Origin: Alphaproteobacteria bacterium
GTDB lineage: Bacteria > Pseudomonadota > Alphaproteobacteria > UBA2966 > CAIVPW01
NCBI GenBank assembly: GCA_016869235.1
Contig: VGER01000003.1
Location: 2,469 to 66,468 of the forward strand
DNA length: 64,000 nt
Direction of reading: 5' to 3'
Under the pieces are notes generated by a model, which searched no databases, was not told the origin of the DNA, and saw only the letters and a list, made by a program, of their open reading frames with translations. Positions 17,828-29,955 of this stretch are shown here, piece by piece. How positions within the stretch are numbered: position 1 is the first letter of the stretch; each line of letters starts with the position of its first letter. The position numbers and the translations under genes were made by a program.

Positions 17828-19095
17828 CTAGACAAATCCTGCAAGGCGCAAGGGCAACGTCCGCACCCGTTTGCCGGTGGCGGAAAAGATCGCATTGGCC
17901 ACGGCGGGCGCGGCCGGCGGCGTGCCGACCTCGCCGATGCCGCCGAGCGGCCCTCCTGGCGGGGCAATATAGGTCTCTATGCGCGGCATGGCAGGCATGC
18001 GCAGCACGTCGTAGTCGCGGAAGTTGGTCTGCTCGACCGCCCCCCCCCCCCCCCCCCCGCTCACCGTAATGGCGCCGTACAGCGCCGCGCTCAGGCCGTA
18101 GACGACGCCGCTCTCGATCTGCTGCTCGATGCCGGCCGGGTTCACCGCCAAGCCGCAGTCCACCGCTGCCACTACGCGGTCGACGCGGATCGCGCCGGAA
18201 GCAAGGGTGTGCACCTCAACGACCTCGGCGACGATCGAGCCGAAGCATTCGTGGATAGCGATGCCGTGGCCGCGCCCAGGCGCGAGCGGTCGGCTCCACC
18301 CGGATTTGTCGGCGGCGAGGTCGAGCGCCGCACGATGGCGCGGATGCTCCTCGAGCAGGCCGCGGCGGAACAGGTAAGGATCGGCGCCAGCCTCGCGAGC
18401 CACCTCGTCGATGAAGCATTCGGTGAGGAAGGCGCCGTAGGAGTTGCTCACTGAGCGCCAGGTGCCGGTCGGTACCGGTGTGGTCACCGGCAGCCAGGTG
18501 ATGGTGAGGTTCGGCACCCGGTAGCGCGGCGTGACGGCGTCGCCGACCTCGCCGCGGTCCGGGAAGGTGCCCATCGGAATGCCCATCGCCCGTTTCAGGA
18601 AGGGGCCGATCACCGGGCTGGAGGCGACGCGCGCCTGCCACGCCACCATCCGCCGCTGCGCATCGAGGCCGGCATGCAGGCGCGCCACGACGGCGGGGCG
18701 GTACCAGCCGTGCTGCATGTCCTCCTCGCGCGTCCACAAGAGCTGCACCGCGCGGCCGGGGACTTCCTTCGCCAGCGCCGCCGCCTCGGCGGCGACATCG
18801 GTCTCGGCGCGGCGGCGACCTTGACGTTCGCCCACGGGAAGTCGAGCTCTTCCACCGGCAACATGGCCAGACTGGTATAGGTTCCTTGACCCATCTCGAC
18901 GCGAGCGACGGTGACGGTTCCTGACGGCGCGATCTCGAGCCAAGCGTTCAGCCGCTGCGGCAAATCCGTCGCGGCTCGCGACCGGGCCTCGCCTAGCGGC
19001 AGCGTTCCGGTGCCGACCAGAAACGCTCCCGAAGCCGCAGTACCGGCAATGAGGAACGTGCGCCGAGAGACATCAGGCATGGCCGCCGGAAGCAT
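17828..19095 (-). pseudogene. Remnant of a molybdopterin-binding aldehyde/isoquinoline oxidoreductase beta subunit (IorB-like). It has an internal deletion, a frame change and a 19-nt poly-C tract.
   Basis: The N-terminal TAT-signal part (MPDVSRRTFLIAGTAASGAFLVG...VEMGQGTYTSLAMLPVEELDFPWANVKV) is in the frame of ORF 18610..19773. The C-terminal about 330 aa (LLWTREEDMQHGWYRP...NPAGIEQQIESGVV...AIFSATGKRVRTLPL) is in the frame of ORF 17828..18943. About 300 central residues are missing, and no small-subunit (iorA-like) gene is adjacent. Confidence 0.6.
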
Positions 19096-19182
19096 CGAAT
19101 GCAACAAGTGGGGGAGCTTCACCCCTACCACGTTCCCTTTGCGCTCACCACCGCACGGGGAGCCGCGGCGTCGGCTTGACCG

Positions 19183-19968
19183 GTGCTCGTCGAACGCATC
19201 TGGGTCGGCAACACTGGCCGCAACTTCAACTACCTGGTGGCATGTCCCGCCGGTGGCGAGGCCCTGGTCGTCGATCCGTACGACGGCGCACAGTGCGTCG
19301 CGGCGGCGAAGGCAAACGGCTGGCGCATCGCGCAGATCGTCAACATCCACGAGCACAGCGACCACATCGCCGGCAATGCCACCGTCGTCGCTGCAACGGG
19401 TGCCAAGGTCCTCGCCCACGCACAAGCGGCCGCGCGCATCACCGGTATCGACCGCACCATCGGTCACGGCGACGTGGTCGCGGTAGGCAGTTCCGTGCGC
19501 CTGGAGGTGCTGGCGACACCGGGGCATACGCCGGCCCACGTCTGCCTGCTGGGGTCCGGTGCCGCCCCGGCGCTTTTCTCGGGGGACACCCTTTTCAACG
19601 CCGGCGCCGGCAACTGCCGCGCCGGCGGGGACCCCGCCATCCTGTAAGACACGTTCGTGACCACCCTCGCGTCGCTGCCCAACGAGGTGAAGGTCCATCC
19701 GGGCCACGAGTACCTGCGTCGCAATCTCGCCTTCACCCTGGACCGGGAGCCCGGCAACAGCACCGCCCGCCATCTTCTCGAACGAATCGAGAACATCGAG
19801 GGTATCGACGCGCCGATCCTCACCTTGGGCGAGGAGCGCGAGATCAACGTTTTCCTGCGCATGGACCTGCCGGAGGTGCGGGCGGGGCTCGATTTGCCCA
19901 ACGGCAACGCTCCCGCTACCTCAAAAGAAGCCTTCGTTGCGCTGCGCGCGTTAAGAAACCGTTGGTAG
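19183..19968 (+). pseudogene. gloB: Hydroxyacylglutathione hydrolase (glyoxalase II, MBL fold) interrupted by an in-frame TAA at 19645-19647
   Basis: HEHSDHIAG...TPGHTPAHV...GDTLFNAGAG then PAIL*DTFVTTLASLPNEVKVHPGHEYLRRNLAF. Track ORFs 19183..19647 and 19657..19968 are the same frame. Confidence 0.6.
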
Positions 19969-20185
19969 CTGCGGCATGATAGTGCGACAGTAACCATGGC
20001 CGACACTGCAGGGATCGTATTGTGACGGCAGGCAGGGCGATGTGACGGCGCGCGGCAGTGTGTGACCCTCTGCCAGTTCGCGCGGTTTGCCGACAGGAAG
20101 CGCATCCCTCGCCGTTTGGCATCACAGCGACGCTCACGCCCCTGATCTAGTCTCGGTGGCGTCGTTTGGTGAGATAGGCGTTCGT

Positions 20186-21550
20186 ATGGCCCGACCCAAC
20201 GCAGAGATCCGGCACCTGCTGGCGCGTACCGGCTTCGGTATGGCGAAGCGGGAGGAGATCGACGCATTGAGTGGCCGCTCCTACGCGGATGCCGTGGAGC
20301 GACTTCTCGATAACGTAAGCCCAAAGCCCTTCCTGACCACCCCCGATTGGCTGAACGTTCCGCTGTTCGCGCAGATCGAGGCGAACCTGCCCAAGGAGCG
20401 CCGCGACGCGATGCAGATGGAGCGTCGCGAAGACCAGCGCGAGATGAAGGCGTGGTGGTGGGCGGAGATGCTCAACACGCCGCGCCCGTTCACCGAGCAC
20501 ATGGTGCTGTTCTGGCACAACCACTTCACCTCGGCGATCAACAAGGTCAACCGCCCCGAGTTGATGTTCAAGCAGACGGCGCTGTTCCGCACCCACGCCA
20601 TCGGCAACTTCGAGAAGTTCGTCAAGGCGGCGGCGAAGGACCCGGCGATGCTGGTGTACCTAGATACGAACTCGAACCGCGCCGGCAATCCGAATGAGAA
20701 CTTCGCGCGTGAGCTGATGGAGCTCTTCACGTTGGGTGAGGGCCGCGGCTACACCGAGCAGGACGTGCGCGAAGCGGCGCGCGCCTTCACCGGCTGGCGC
20801 GTCGTCACCGGCAACACCAACGCCGGCTTCCGCGTCGAGGGCACGCTCCATGACGGCGGCGTCAAGCGCTTCATGGGCCGCCGGGGCCGCTTCGACGGCG
20901 ACGATATCGTCGACATCATCCTCCAGCAGCCGCAGGTGGCGGAGTTCATCGCCGAGAAGCTGTGGCTGAACTTCATCAACGACGCGCCCGATCCTGCCGC
21001 GATCCAGAAGCTCGCGCGCCAATTCCGCGACTCCAAGTACGAGCTGCGGCCGGTGATCGCGACGATTCTTAAGTCGGATGCCTTCCGCGATCCAGAAAAC
21101 CGCGGCGCGCTGGTCAAGTCGCCGACCGACCTGATCGTCGGCACCTTCCGCGTGCTGGGCACGCCGCCGGCCAACCCGTCGCTGTTCCCGGCGGTCGGCC
21201 GCGCGCTTGGGCAGGACCTCCTGGACCCGCCCAACGTGAAGGGCTGGCCGGGCGGCCTCTCCTGGATCGACACCTCGCTGCTGCCCGCGCGCAACGCCTT
21301 CATGTTCGGCGTCGCGGCGGCGGTGGAGGTGCAGGCGACCGGCATGCAGACGCTGGCGACGCAGGCGCGCCGCGACATGCGCAACCTGCCCGTCACCAGC
21401 ATCGACGCCAACACGGTCAAGAAGCTCGGCGCCATGCCGGGCGAAGAGCTGGCGGAGCTGCTCCTGCCGGTGCCGCCCGCCGGAGGTCCCGCCGGACCCG
21501 GCGGCGCGCTCGGCGCGCTGCTGCTCGATCCCACGTTCAATCTGAAGTAA
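20186..21550 (+). CDS. DUF1800 family protein
   Basis: ...HMVLFWHNHFTS...ELMELFTLG...; canonical partner of the following DUF1501 gene. Start chosen at MARPNAEIRHLL. Confidence 0.75.
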   Translation: MARPNAEIRHLLARTGFGMAKREEIDALSGRSYADAVERLLDNVSPKPFLTTPDWLNVPLFAQIEANLPKERRDAMQMERREDQREMKAWWWAEMLNTPRPFTEHMVLFWHNHFTSAINKVNRPELMFKQTALFRTHAIGNFEKFVKAAAKDPAMLVYLDTNSNRAGNPNENFARELMELFTLGEGRGYTEQDVREAARAFTGWRVVTGNTNAGFRVEGTLHDGGVKRFMGRRGRFDGDDIVDIILQQPQVAEFIAEKLWLNFINDAPDPAAIQKLARQFRDSKYELRPVIATILKSDAFRDPENRGALVKSPTDLIVGTFRVLGTPPANPSLFPAVGRALGQDLLDPPNVKGWPGGLSWIDTSLLPARNAFMFGVAAAVEVQATGMQTLATQARRDMRNLPVTSIDANTVKKLGAMPGEELAELLLPVPPAGGPAGPGGALGALLLDPTFNLK

Positions 21551-21559
21551 GAGGCAGCC

Positions 21560-22726
21560 ATGAAACGCAGAGACTTCCTCCGCACCGCGGCCGTGGCGCC
21601 GCTGGTATCCTTCGTCCCGTTCCATCTTGCGCATGCTGCGGCGCGCTGGGATCGCATCCTGGTGCTGATCGAGCTACAGGGCGGCAACGACGGACTCAGC
21701 ACCGTCATTCCGTATGCCGATCCGAAGTACGCGGAGTTGCGTCCCACGATCAAGGTGGCGCGCGACCGCGTGCTGCAGCTCGACGAACGCCTGGGTCTTG
21801 GCCCCGAGCTCTCCCCGATGATGAAGCTGTGGCGCGACAAGCAGCTCGCCGTCGTGCTGGGCGTCGGCTATCCCGATCCGAACCTGTCGCACTTCCGCGG
21901 CATCGACATCTGGCACACTGCCACCAACGCCGACGAGGCATCGACGGTCGGCTGGCTCAGCCAGGTGTTCAAGCTGGAGGCGCCGCCCGCCGACTACGCC
22001 GCCGACGGCATCGTCGTCGGCCGCGGCTCGGTGGGTCCGCTCAAGGCTCCCGACCGCCGCATCCTGGTGCTCGAGAACGGCGGCGCCGCCGCCATGAACG
22101 AGGCCAAGCGCATGGCCGGCAACGCCGGCATGGGCGGCGGCAATGCCGCGCTCGCCCACGTGTTGCAGACGCAGCAGAGCTTCAAGATCTCGTCGGCCGC
22201 CGTGCTGGCGAAGAACGTCGACCGCGTCGATCCGGGCGCGACCTTCCCGGCCGGCGACTTCGGCAACCAGCTGGCCATGGCGGCGCGCCTTTTGGGCGGC
22301 GGCGTCCAGGTGCCGGTGATCAAGGCCACGATCGGCGGCTTCGATACCCATGCGGCGCAGCTCACCGATCAGCCGCCGCTGCTCACCCAGGTCGGCGCCG
22401 GCATTGCCGCGTTCGCCGAGGCGATGAAGAAGCACAACCTGTGGGACCGCGTGCTCGTCATGACCTACTCTGAGTTCGGCCGCCGTCCGCGCGAGAACGG
22501 CTCGGGCGGTACTGACCACGGCACCGCGGCGCCACACTTCATCGCCGGCGGCAAGGTCAAGGGCGGCATCTATGGGCAGCAGCCCTCGCTGGACGATTTG
22601 TTCGACGGCGAGAACCTCAAGCACACCACGCACTTCCGCAGCATGTATGCGACGGCGGCCCAGGAGTGGTGGGGCATCCCGACGCCCTTCATCAAGGAGA
22701 AGCCGCTCGGCCTCATCTCCGCTTAA
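21560..22726 (+). CDS. DUF1501 family protein with TAT signal
   Basis: MKRRDFLRTAAVAPL...ELQGGNDGLS...GGFDTHA...GSGGTDHG. Confidence 0.8.
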   Translation: MKRRDFLRTAAVAPLVSFVPFHLAHAAARWDRILVLIELQGGNDGLSTVIPYADPKYAELRPTIKVARDRVLQLDERLGLGPELSPMMKLWRDKQLAVVLGVGYPDPNLSHFRGIDIWHTATNADEASTVGWLSQVFKLEAPPADYAADGIVVGRGSVGPLKAPDRRILVLENGGAAAMNEAKRMAGNAGMGGGNAALAHVLQTQQSFKISSAAVLAKNVDRVDPGATFPAGDFGNQLAMAARLLGGGVQVPVIKATIGGFDTHAAQLTDQPPLLTQVGAGIAAFAEAMKKHNLWDRVLVMTYSEFGRRPRENGSGGTDHGTAAPHFIAGGKVKGGIYGQQPSLDDLFDGENLKHTTHFRSMYATAAQEWWGIPTPFIKEKPLGLISA

Positions 22727-22841
22727 GTCCGCGTAGTACGTCTCCTCGACTGGGCTCCTCGCGTTCCGCTCGCGTGGAGCCCAGGTCTCCGGATGGGCCG
22801 GCCACATGCCGGCCCATCTCATTTCGTGTATTGTCACGGCC

Positions 22842-23393
22842 ATGCTTCGCCGCACCGTCGTCTTGGGCGGCCTGACCGCCTCCCTGCTTCCGTCGCTTCC
22901 ATCGCGAGCGGCAGACCTGCTGCCCATGCCGGCCCTCGACGCCAAGGGCTTCTACCTCGCCGAGTGGCAGCGGCCGACGACCGGCGACGTCTCCCAGGAC
23001 CTCGCCCGCGCCACCGCCGAAGGCAAAGTGCTGGCCATGTTCTGGGAAATGTCTCCCTGCCCATACTGCACCCAGATGCACGCCGCGCTGCGCGACCCCG
23101 CGTTGCGCGCATTGGCCGGCGACGGCATGTACAGCGTGCGCTACGACAAGCTTGGCGCCAGGGACGTCGTCGACTTCAACGGCGTGCCGCGCACCGAGCG
23201 CGAAATCGGTCTGGCGCACAAGGTCATCGGCTCGCCGACCATCGTCTTCCGCACCGCCGACAAGCGCGATGTCGGCCGCGTGCCCGGCTACGTCAATCCG
23301 AAATTCCTCCAGGCCGCCCTCGAGTTCGCCACCGAGGGCGCCTACAAGGACCGCACCATTGCGGCGTGGCTGCGCGCCAAAGGCGTCCTTTAG
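22842..23393 (+). CDS. Periplasmic thioredoxin-fold protein (CPYC active site)
   Basis: Signal peptide MLRRTVVLGGLTASLLPSLPSRAADL, then ...MFWEMSPCPYCTQMH... Confidence 0.65.
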   Translation: MLRRTVVLGGLTASLLPSLPSRAADLLPMPALDAKGFYLAEWQRPTTGDVSQDLARATAEGKVLAMFWEMSPCPYCTQMHAALRDPALRALAGDGMYSVRYDKLGARDVVDFNGVPRTEREIGLAHKVIGSPTIVFRTADKRDVGRVPGYVNPKFLQAALEFATEGAYKDRTIAAWLRAKGVL

Positions 23394-23406
23394 GGCGCGC
23401 GCCGGC

Positions 23407-23859
23407 GTGGCCCTGCTCGCCGAGGACTTCTTCCGCCCCACGACGGGCGACCTGCGCCGCGACCTTGCCCAAGCGGCGGGCGAGGGCAAGGTGCTGAGCC
23501 TCTGGTGGGAACGCGAGGAGTGTCCCTACACGGCGCTCCTGCACCAGGACGCCCTGCGCATCGCCGAGGTGCGCGCGTACCCGGCACAATGCTTCTACAC
23601 GCTGCGCCTCAACCGTTACGGCGAGGAGCGTCTCATCGACATCGACGGCTTCGCCGGGCGCCAGGGCGACGTCGCGGTGCGCCATGGCGTCGCCGGCACG
23701 CCGACCATGGAGTTCCGCCTCGCTGACGGCCGCGAGGTGCTGCGCCTGCCGGGCTACGCCGACCCCGCCATCCTCCACGCCGCGTTCGAGTACGTGCAGC
23801 TCGGCGGCTGGGCGCATACCGGCATCGTCGCCTGGCTGCAGCAGCGCGGCCTGCTTTGA
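23407..23859 (+). CDS. Thioredoxin-fold paralog lacking a signal peptide and the second active-site Cys (CPYT)
   Basis: A tandem duplicate of the previous gene (FFRPTTGDLRRDLAQAAGEGKVLSLWWEREECPYTALLHQ...GYADPAILHAAFEYVQ). No in-frame ATG; GTG at 23407. Confidence 0.45.
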   Translation: MALLAEDFFRPTTGDLRRDLAQAAGEGKVLSLWWEREECPYTALLHQDALRIAEVRAYPAQCFYTLRLNRYGEERLIDIDGFAGRQGDVAVRHGVAGTPTMEFRLADGREVLRLPGYADPAILHAAFEYVQLGGWAHTGIVAWLQQRGLL

Positions 23860-23863
23860 GAGG

Positions 23864-24094
23864 TCACGGCGCGCCGCACGCCTCCAGTCGGTTCATGGTG
23901 AAGGTGCCGTCGCGTTTGCGATAGAACAGCGCCTGCACCGTCGCCTGGGTCGGCGACTGCAAGCGGTAGGCGAGGCAGGCCGGGTCGCCGCCCGCTATCT
24001 CGATCATCCACGTGTCGGGCCCGACCTGGAACATGGTCTGGCGCGGCGCGCACGCGGCTGCGGCAACCAGCAGCACGACCAGCGTGGCGCGCAT
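23864..24094 (-). CDS. Small putative lipoprotein
   Basis: 76 aa; MRATLVVLLVAAAACAPRQ is a lipobox-like signal. Confidence 0.4.
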   Translation of the reverse strand: MRATLVVLLVAAAACAPRQTMFQVGPDTWMIEIAGGDPACLAYRLQSPTQATVQALFYRKRDGTFTMNRLEACGAP

Positions 24095-24795
24095 CAGAAC
24101 CCCATCGACAGGCGCAGGCCGGCGAACGCCGTCGGCGGCGCGCCGGCGATGTGGCCGGGCGCGCGGGCAATGCCGACGAAGGTTGACATCGACCCAGCGC
24201 GGCCGAGGCGGCGACCATAGGCAATCTCGAGGTCGATCTCGCGGCCGCCGGGCTCGAGATGCACCCGCTCTCGACTCCAGGCGACGCCGCCGTCGGCGCG
24301 CAACGCCTGCGGCACCGCGAGGTCTGCCTCGGCGTACTCGACGCGCAGCGGCTGGCCGAGCGCAATCCCAACGCGATCGCCGTCCCGCAGCACGTCGCGG
24401 AAGCGCAGGCCGACGCTGTAGGCGCCGGCGCGCACGTCGCTCCAGTCCGACAGGAGGCCCGGGGTCGTGTCCGGGTCGGCGATGGTGGTGGTCGCCACGG
24501 CGAACGCGGACGCACGGCTGGCCAGCGGCGCGTCGCCACCGAGGGTGAAGAAGCGGCTGCGCGTGCCCGTGAAGGTCCCGAAAACGCCCGAGGAGGTGGT
24601 GCGGAACACCGAGGACACCTCCTCGGTCTGTGCAAAGCCGACGGCATAACGCGCCCGGCCGATGCTGCCTTCGAGCCAGCCTGGGGTCAGGCGCTGCGGC
24701 GCGGTGGCGGCCCTCGGCATTGCCTCGCTGCTCGGCGTCGGCCTCGGGCCGTTCGATCCGGCCGCGGCGGTGGAGCGGCTCCTGGACGCGTTCAC
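24094..24795 (-). pseudogene. Outer-membrane beta-barrel / autotransporter beta-domain-like fragment without a signal peptide
   Basis: Alternating amphipathic beta-strands ending ...AFAGLRLSMGF* with a C-terminal aromatic, as in OMPs. The N-terminus is not a signal sequence, so it is probably a remnant. Confidence 0.35.
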
Positions 24796-24829
24796 GCCGT
24801 CCTAGGGCGGCGCGCGGAAAGCTGGAGCC

Positions 24830-25423
24830 TCACCACTCCTCGGGGTCACGGGTGCCGCGGTCGAGCGGCAGCACGGTGCGCAGCGCGAAGGCGATCTCGC
24901 GCTCGGTTTCGTCCGAGGCGCCGCGCCGGATCTTGAAGAAGGTGCCCTTCCACAAGATGCGCTTGGTGGTGCAGTCGGTGAGCGTGGCGTGCACGCGCAG
25001 GTCGTCCTCGGTGCCGCCGAGCGTCGCCGCCAGCACGTAGCGCACACCCAAGACGCGGCCCTGCTCATGGTCCGGCATGGTCCGGCCGCGCAGCGCCGCG
25101 GCGGCGCGGTCGTCGGCGACCCGCAGGCCGAGGCCGCCGAGCTCCTCGGTCACGTCGCGGGCGAGCGCCTCGGCGACGGGTAGGGGCACCCTGGCGCCCG
25201 GCTCGGTGGCCATCGGCAAGAGGGCGATCGACAACGGATTCGGTGGGTGCGGCGTGGCGGCGAGGTCCACGAACGGCGAAGTGTCCTCGTTCGCCTGGGC
25301 GGCGATGACGAAGGTCGGATCGATGCGCGGCAAGACCACGGCCATCGACGTCAGCACGCCGACCATGCCTGTGCCGGCGGCGAGGATGGCGACGTTGCGA
25401 GCCCTGGGATCGTTGCCTGCCAT
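24830..25423 (-). CDS. Hypothetical protein with a degenerate TolB-N-like domain of the kind found at the N-terminus of alphaproteobacterial adenylate-cyclase/TPR proteins
   Basis: ...SIALLPMATEPGARVPLPVAEALARDVTEELGGLGLRVADDRAAAALRGRTMPDHEQGRVLGVRYVLAATLGGTEDDLRVHATLTDCTTKRILWKGTFF resembles the IAVLPF...GVRYVLEGSV...LRVTAQLID...HLWAERY pattern. No cyclase or TPR part is present. Confidence 0.4.
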   Translation of the reverse strand: MAGNDPRARNVAILAAGTGMVGVLTSMAVVLPRIDPTFVIAAQANEDTSPFVDLAATPHPPNPLSIALLPMATEPGARVPLPVAEALARDVTEELGGLGLRVADDRAAAALRGRTMPDHEQGRVLGVRYVLAATLGGTEDDLRVHATLTDCTTKRILWKGTFFKIRRGASDETEREIAFALRTVLPLDRGTRDPEEW

Positions 25424-25594
25424 GGAGCGTGAAATCTAGCGCGGCTTGGCCTCGGTTGCACTACGGCGATACGCCGAGTTGCGCCGCTTCCCGGAGAGTT
25501 AGGGTGCCAGCCCGGGCGCCGCCACCCGTCTCCGCCGCCCGCCTTGGTTGTGGCGCGACAACCTACGCTGGCGGGCGGGATGGGCGCGGTGCTC

Positions 25595-26494
25595 CTAGCC
25601 CTGGAACACGCGGCTCTGCAGCAGGTCCTCGGCCTCGATAGTGGTGAGGTCGGCGCGGGTCAGCTTGGTGCGGTCCTTGCGCTCGAACAGCCGGTTGGCC
25701 TGGCGCAGCTTGGCGCGGTCGAGCGCGTTACGCATCGAGCGCGCGTTGGCGAAGTGCGCCATCTTCATGCGGCGCGGGATGTAATCCTTCAACACCTTCT
25801 CGGCGCCCGGCGACAGCACATAGTGCTGGGCCGCCACCATCAGCTTGGCGATGGCGAACAGCTCGCCCTCGGAGTAATCGGGGAAGTCGAGGTGATGGGC
25901 GATGCGGCTGCGGAAGCCGGGGTTGGACTGGAAGAAGACTTCCATGCGGTTGGCGTAGCCGGCGAGGATGACGACGAGGTCGTCGCGGTTGTTCTCCATC
26001 ACCTGCAGCAGGATCTCGATCGCCTCCTGGCCGTAGTCGCGCTCGTTCTCGGGCTTGTAGAGGTAGTAGGCCTCGTCGATGAACAGCACGCCGCCCATCG
26101 CCTTCTTGATGACCTCGCGCGTCTTGGGCGCGGTGTGGCCGATGTACTGGCCGACGAGGTCGTCGCGGGTCACCGAGATGAGGTGGCCCTGGCGGATGTA
26201 GCCGAGGTTCTTGAGGATCTCGGCCATGCGCAGCGCCACCGTGGTCTTGCCGGTGCCGGGGTTGCCGGTGAACGACATGTGCAGCGTCGGCGGCTCGTTC
26301 TCGAGCCCCAGCGCGCGGCGCGCCTTGTCGACGAGCAGCAGCGCGGCGATCTCGCGGATGCGCTGCTTGACGGGGGCGAGGCCGACCAGCTCGCGATCGA
26401 GCTTGTCGAGCACCTGCTGGACGTTGGAGCGGGCGAACTCGCCTTCGAGATCGAAGGAGACGGCGTTCAGATTCTGTGCGGCTTCGGCAGTCAT
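25595..26494 (-). CDS. cbbX: CbbX AAA+ ATPase (red-type RuBisCO activase)
   Basis: ...[20 protein letters not shown]...[13 protein letters not shown]... Confidence 0.9.
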   Translation of the reverse strand: MTAEAAQNLNAVSFDLEGEFARSNVQQVLDKLDRELVGLAPVKQRIREIAALLLVDKARRALGLENEPPTLHMSFTGNPGTGKTTVALRMAEILKNLGYIRQGHLISVTRDDLVGQYIGHTAPKTREVIKKAMGGVLFIDEAYYLYKPENERDYGQEAIEILLQVMENNRDDLVVILAGYANRMEVFFQSNPGFRSRIAHHLDFPDYSEGELFAIAKLMVAAQHYVLSPGAEKVLKDYIPRRMKMAHFANARSMRNALDRAKLRQANRLFERKDRTKLTRADLTTIEAEDLLQSRVFQG

Positions 26495-26601
26495 GGGGGC
26501 CTGCGTTGTTGCCCGGGGCCGGGGAGCCTGTTGCCCCGCTAGCGGAATGTAGTGCTCCCGGGGCGTCGAACAACGCCCCGGGAGAGTCGTCTTCGCCTAG
26601 C

Positions 26602-27036
26602 TTACTTGTAGCGATCGCCGCGCGGCTTCTCGGTCGCGTAGCTGTGCAGCGTGTAGTGCATGGCGCGGCTGTTGGCCTCCTGGCGAATGACGTGGAAGCC
26701 AGGCTCGTGCTTCGGCCGGTTGACGATGAACGACAACGCCACCGACTCGCGCCAGCGGGTGTTATCGTAAGCGTTCACCTTGATGTACATGTTGCCGTAG
26801 ACCTTGCGGCACTCCTGCACCTCCATGAACGCGGCAGCCGGGTCCTTGGTGTCGAACATCGGCTGGCACCACATCTCCCAGTAGGTGTTCCGGGGATGCG
26901 GGTCGTCGGTGTACTCGACGTTGATGGCCCAGCCCATCTTGATGGCATAGGCGATCTGCGCCTTGATCTGGTCGTCGGTGAGCGGCGGCAGGAACGAGAA
27001 CGTGCCCTGCGTCATGTTGCGTGGATTTTCGTGCAT
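26602..27036 (-). CDS. cbbS: RuBisCO small subunit, red-type (form IC/ID) long variant
   Basis: ...MTQGTFSFLPPLTDDQIKAQIAYAIKMGWAINVEYTDDPHPRNTYWEMW...; the true start may be the internal MTQGTF at 27015. Confidence 0.88.
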   Translation of the reverse strand: MHENPRNMTQGTFSFLPPLTDDQIKAQIAYAIKMGWAINVEYTDDPHPRNTYWEMWCQPMFDTKDPAAAFMEVQECRKVYGNMYIKVNAYDNTRWRESVALSFIVNRPKHEPGFHVIRQEANSRAMHYTLHSYATEKPRGDRYK

Positions 27037-27172
27037 CGTGGTTCTCCTAAAATCCTATTCCTGGTCCCTCATGCTTTGACAAATGTCGCACCAGACGCTG
27101 GTGCGACGTTTGCCGCAGAAAGCGCTTCGCGCTGTTCTTGTGACAAGCTCAGCATGCGGGACGCTGTTCCAA

Positions 27173-29945
<2,773 letters not shown>

Positions 29946-29955
29946 ATTCGCGGTC

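Noticed and set aside
18216-18737. Third-frame ORF inside the IorB remnant, and the 73-215-aa ORFs overlapping pepN and liv genes
   Set aside because: They are embedded in conserved genes on the opposite strand or in another frame, and their products are Arg/Pro-rich low-complexity artefacts.
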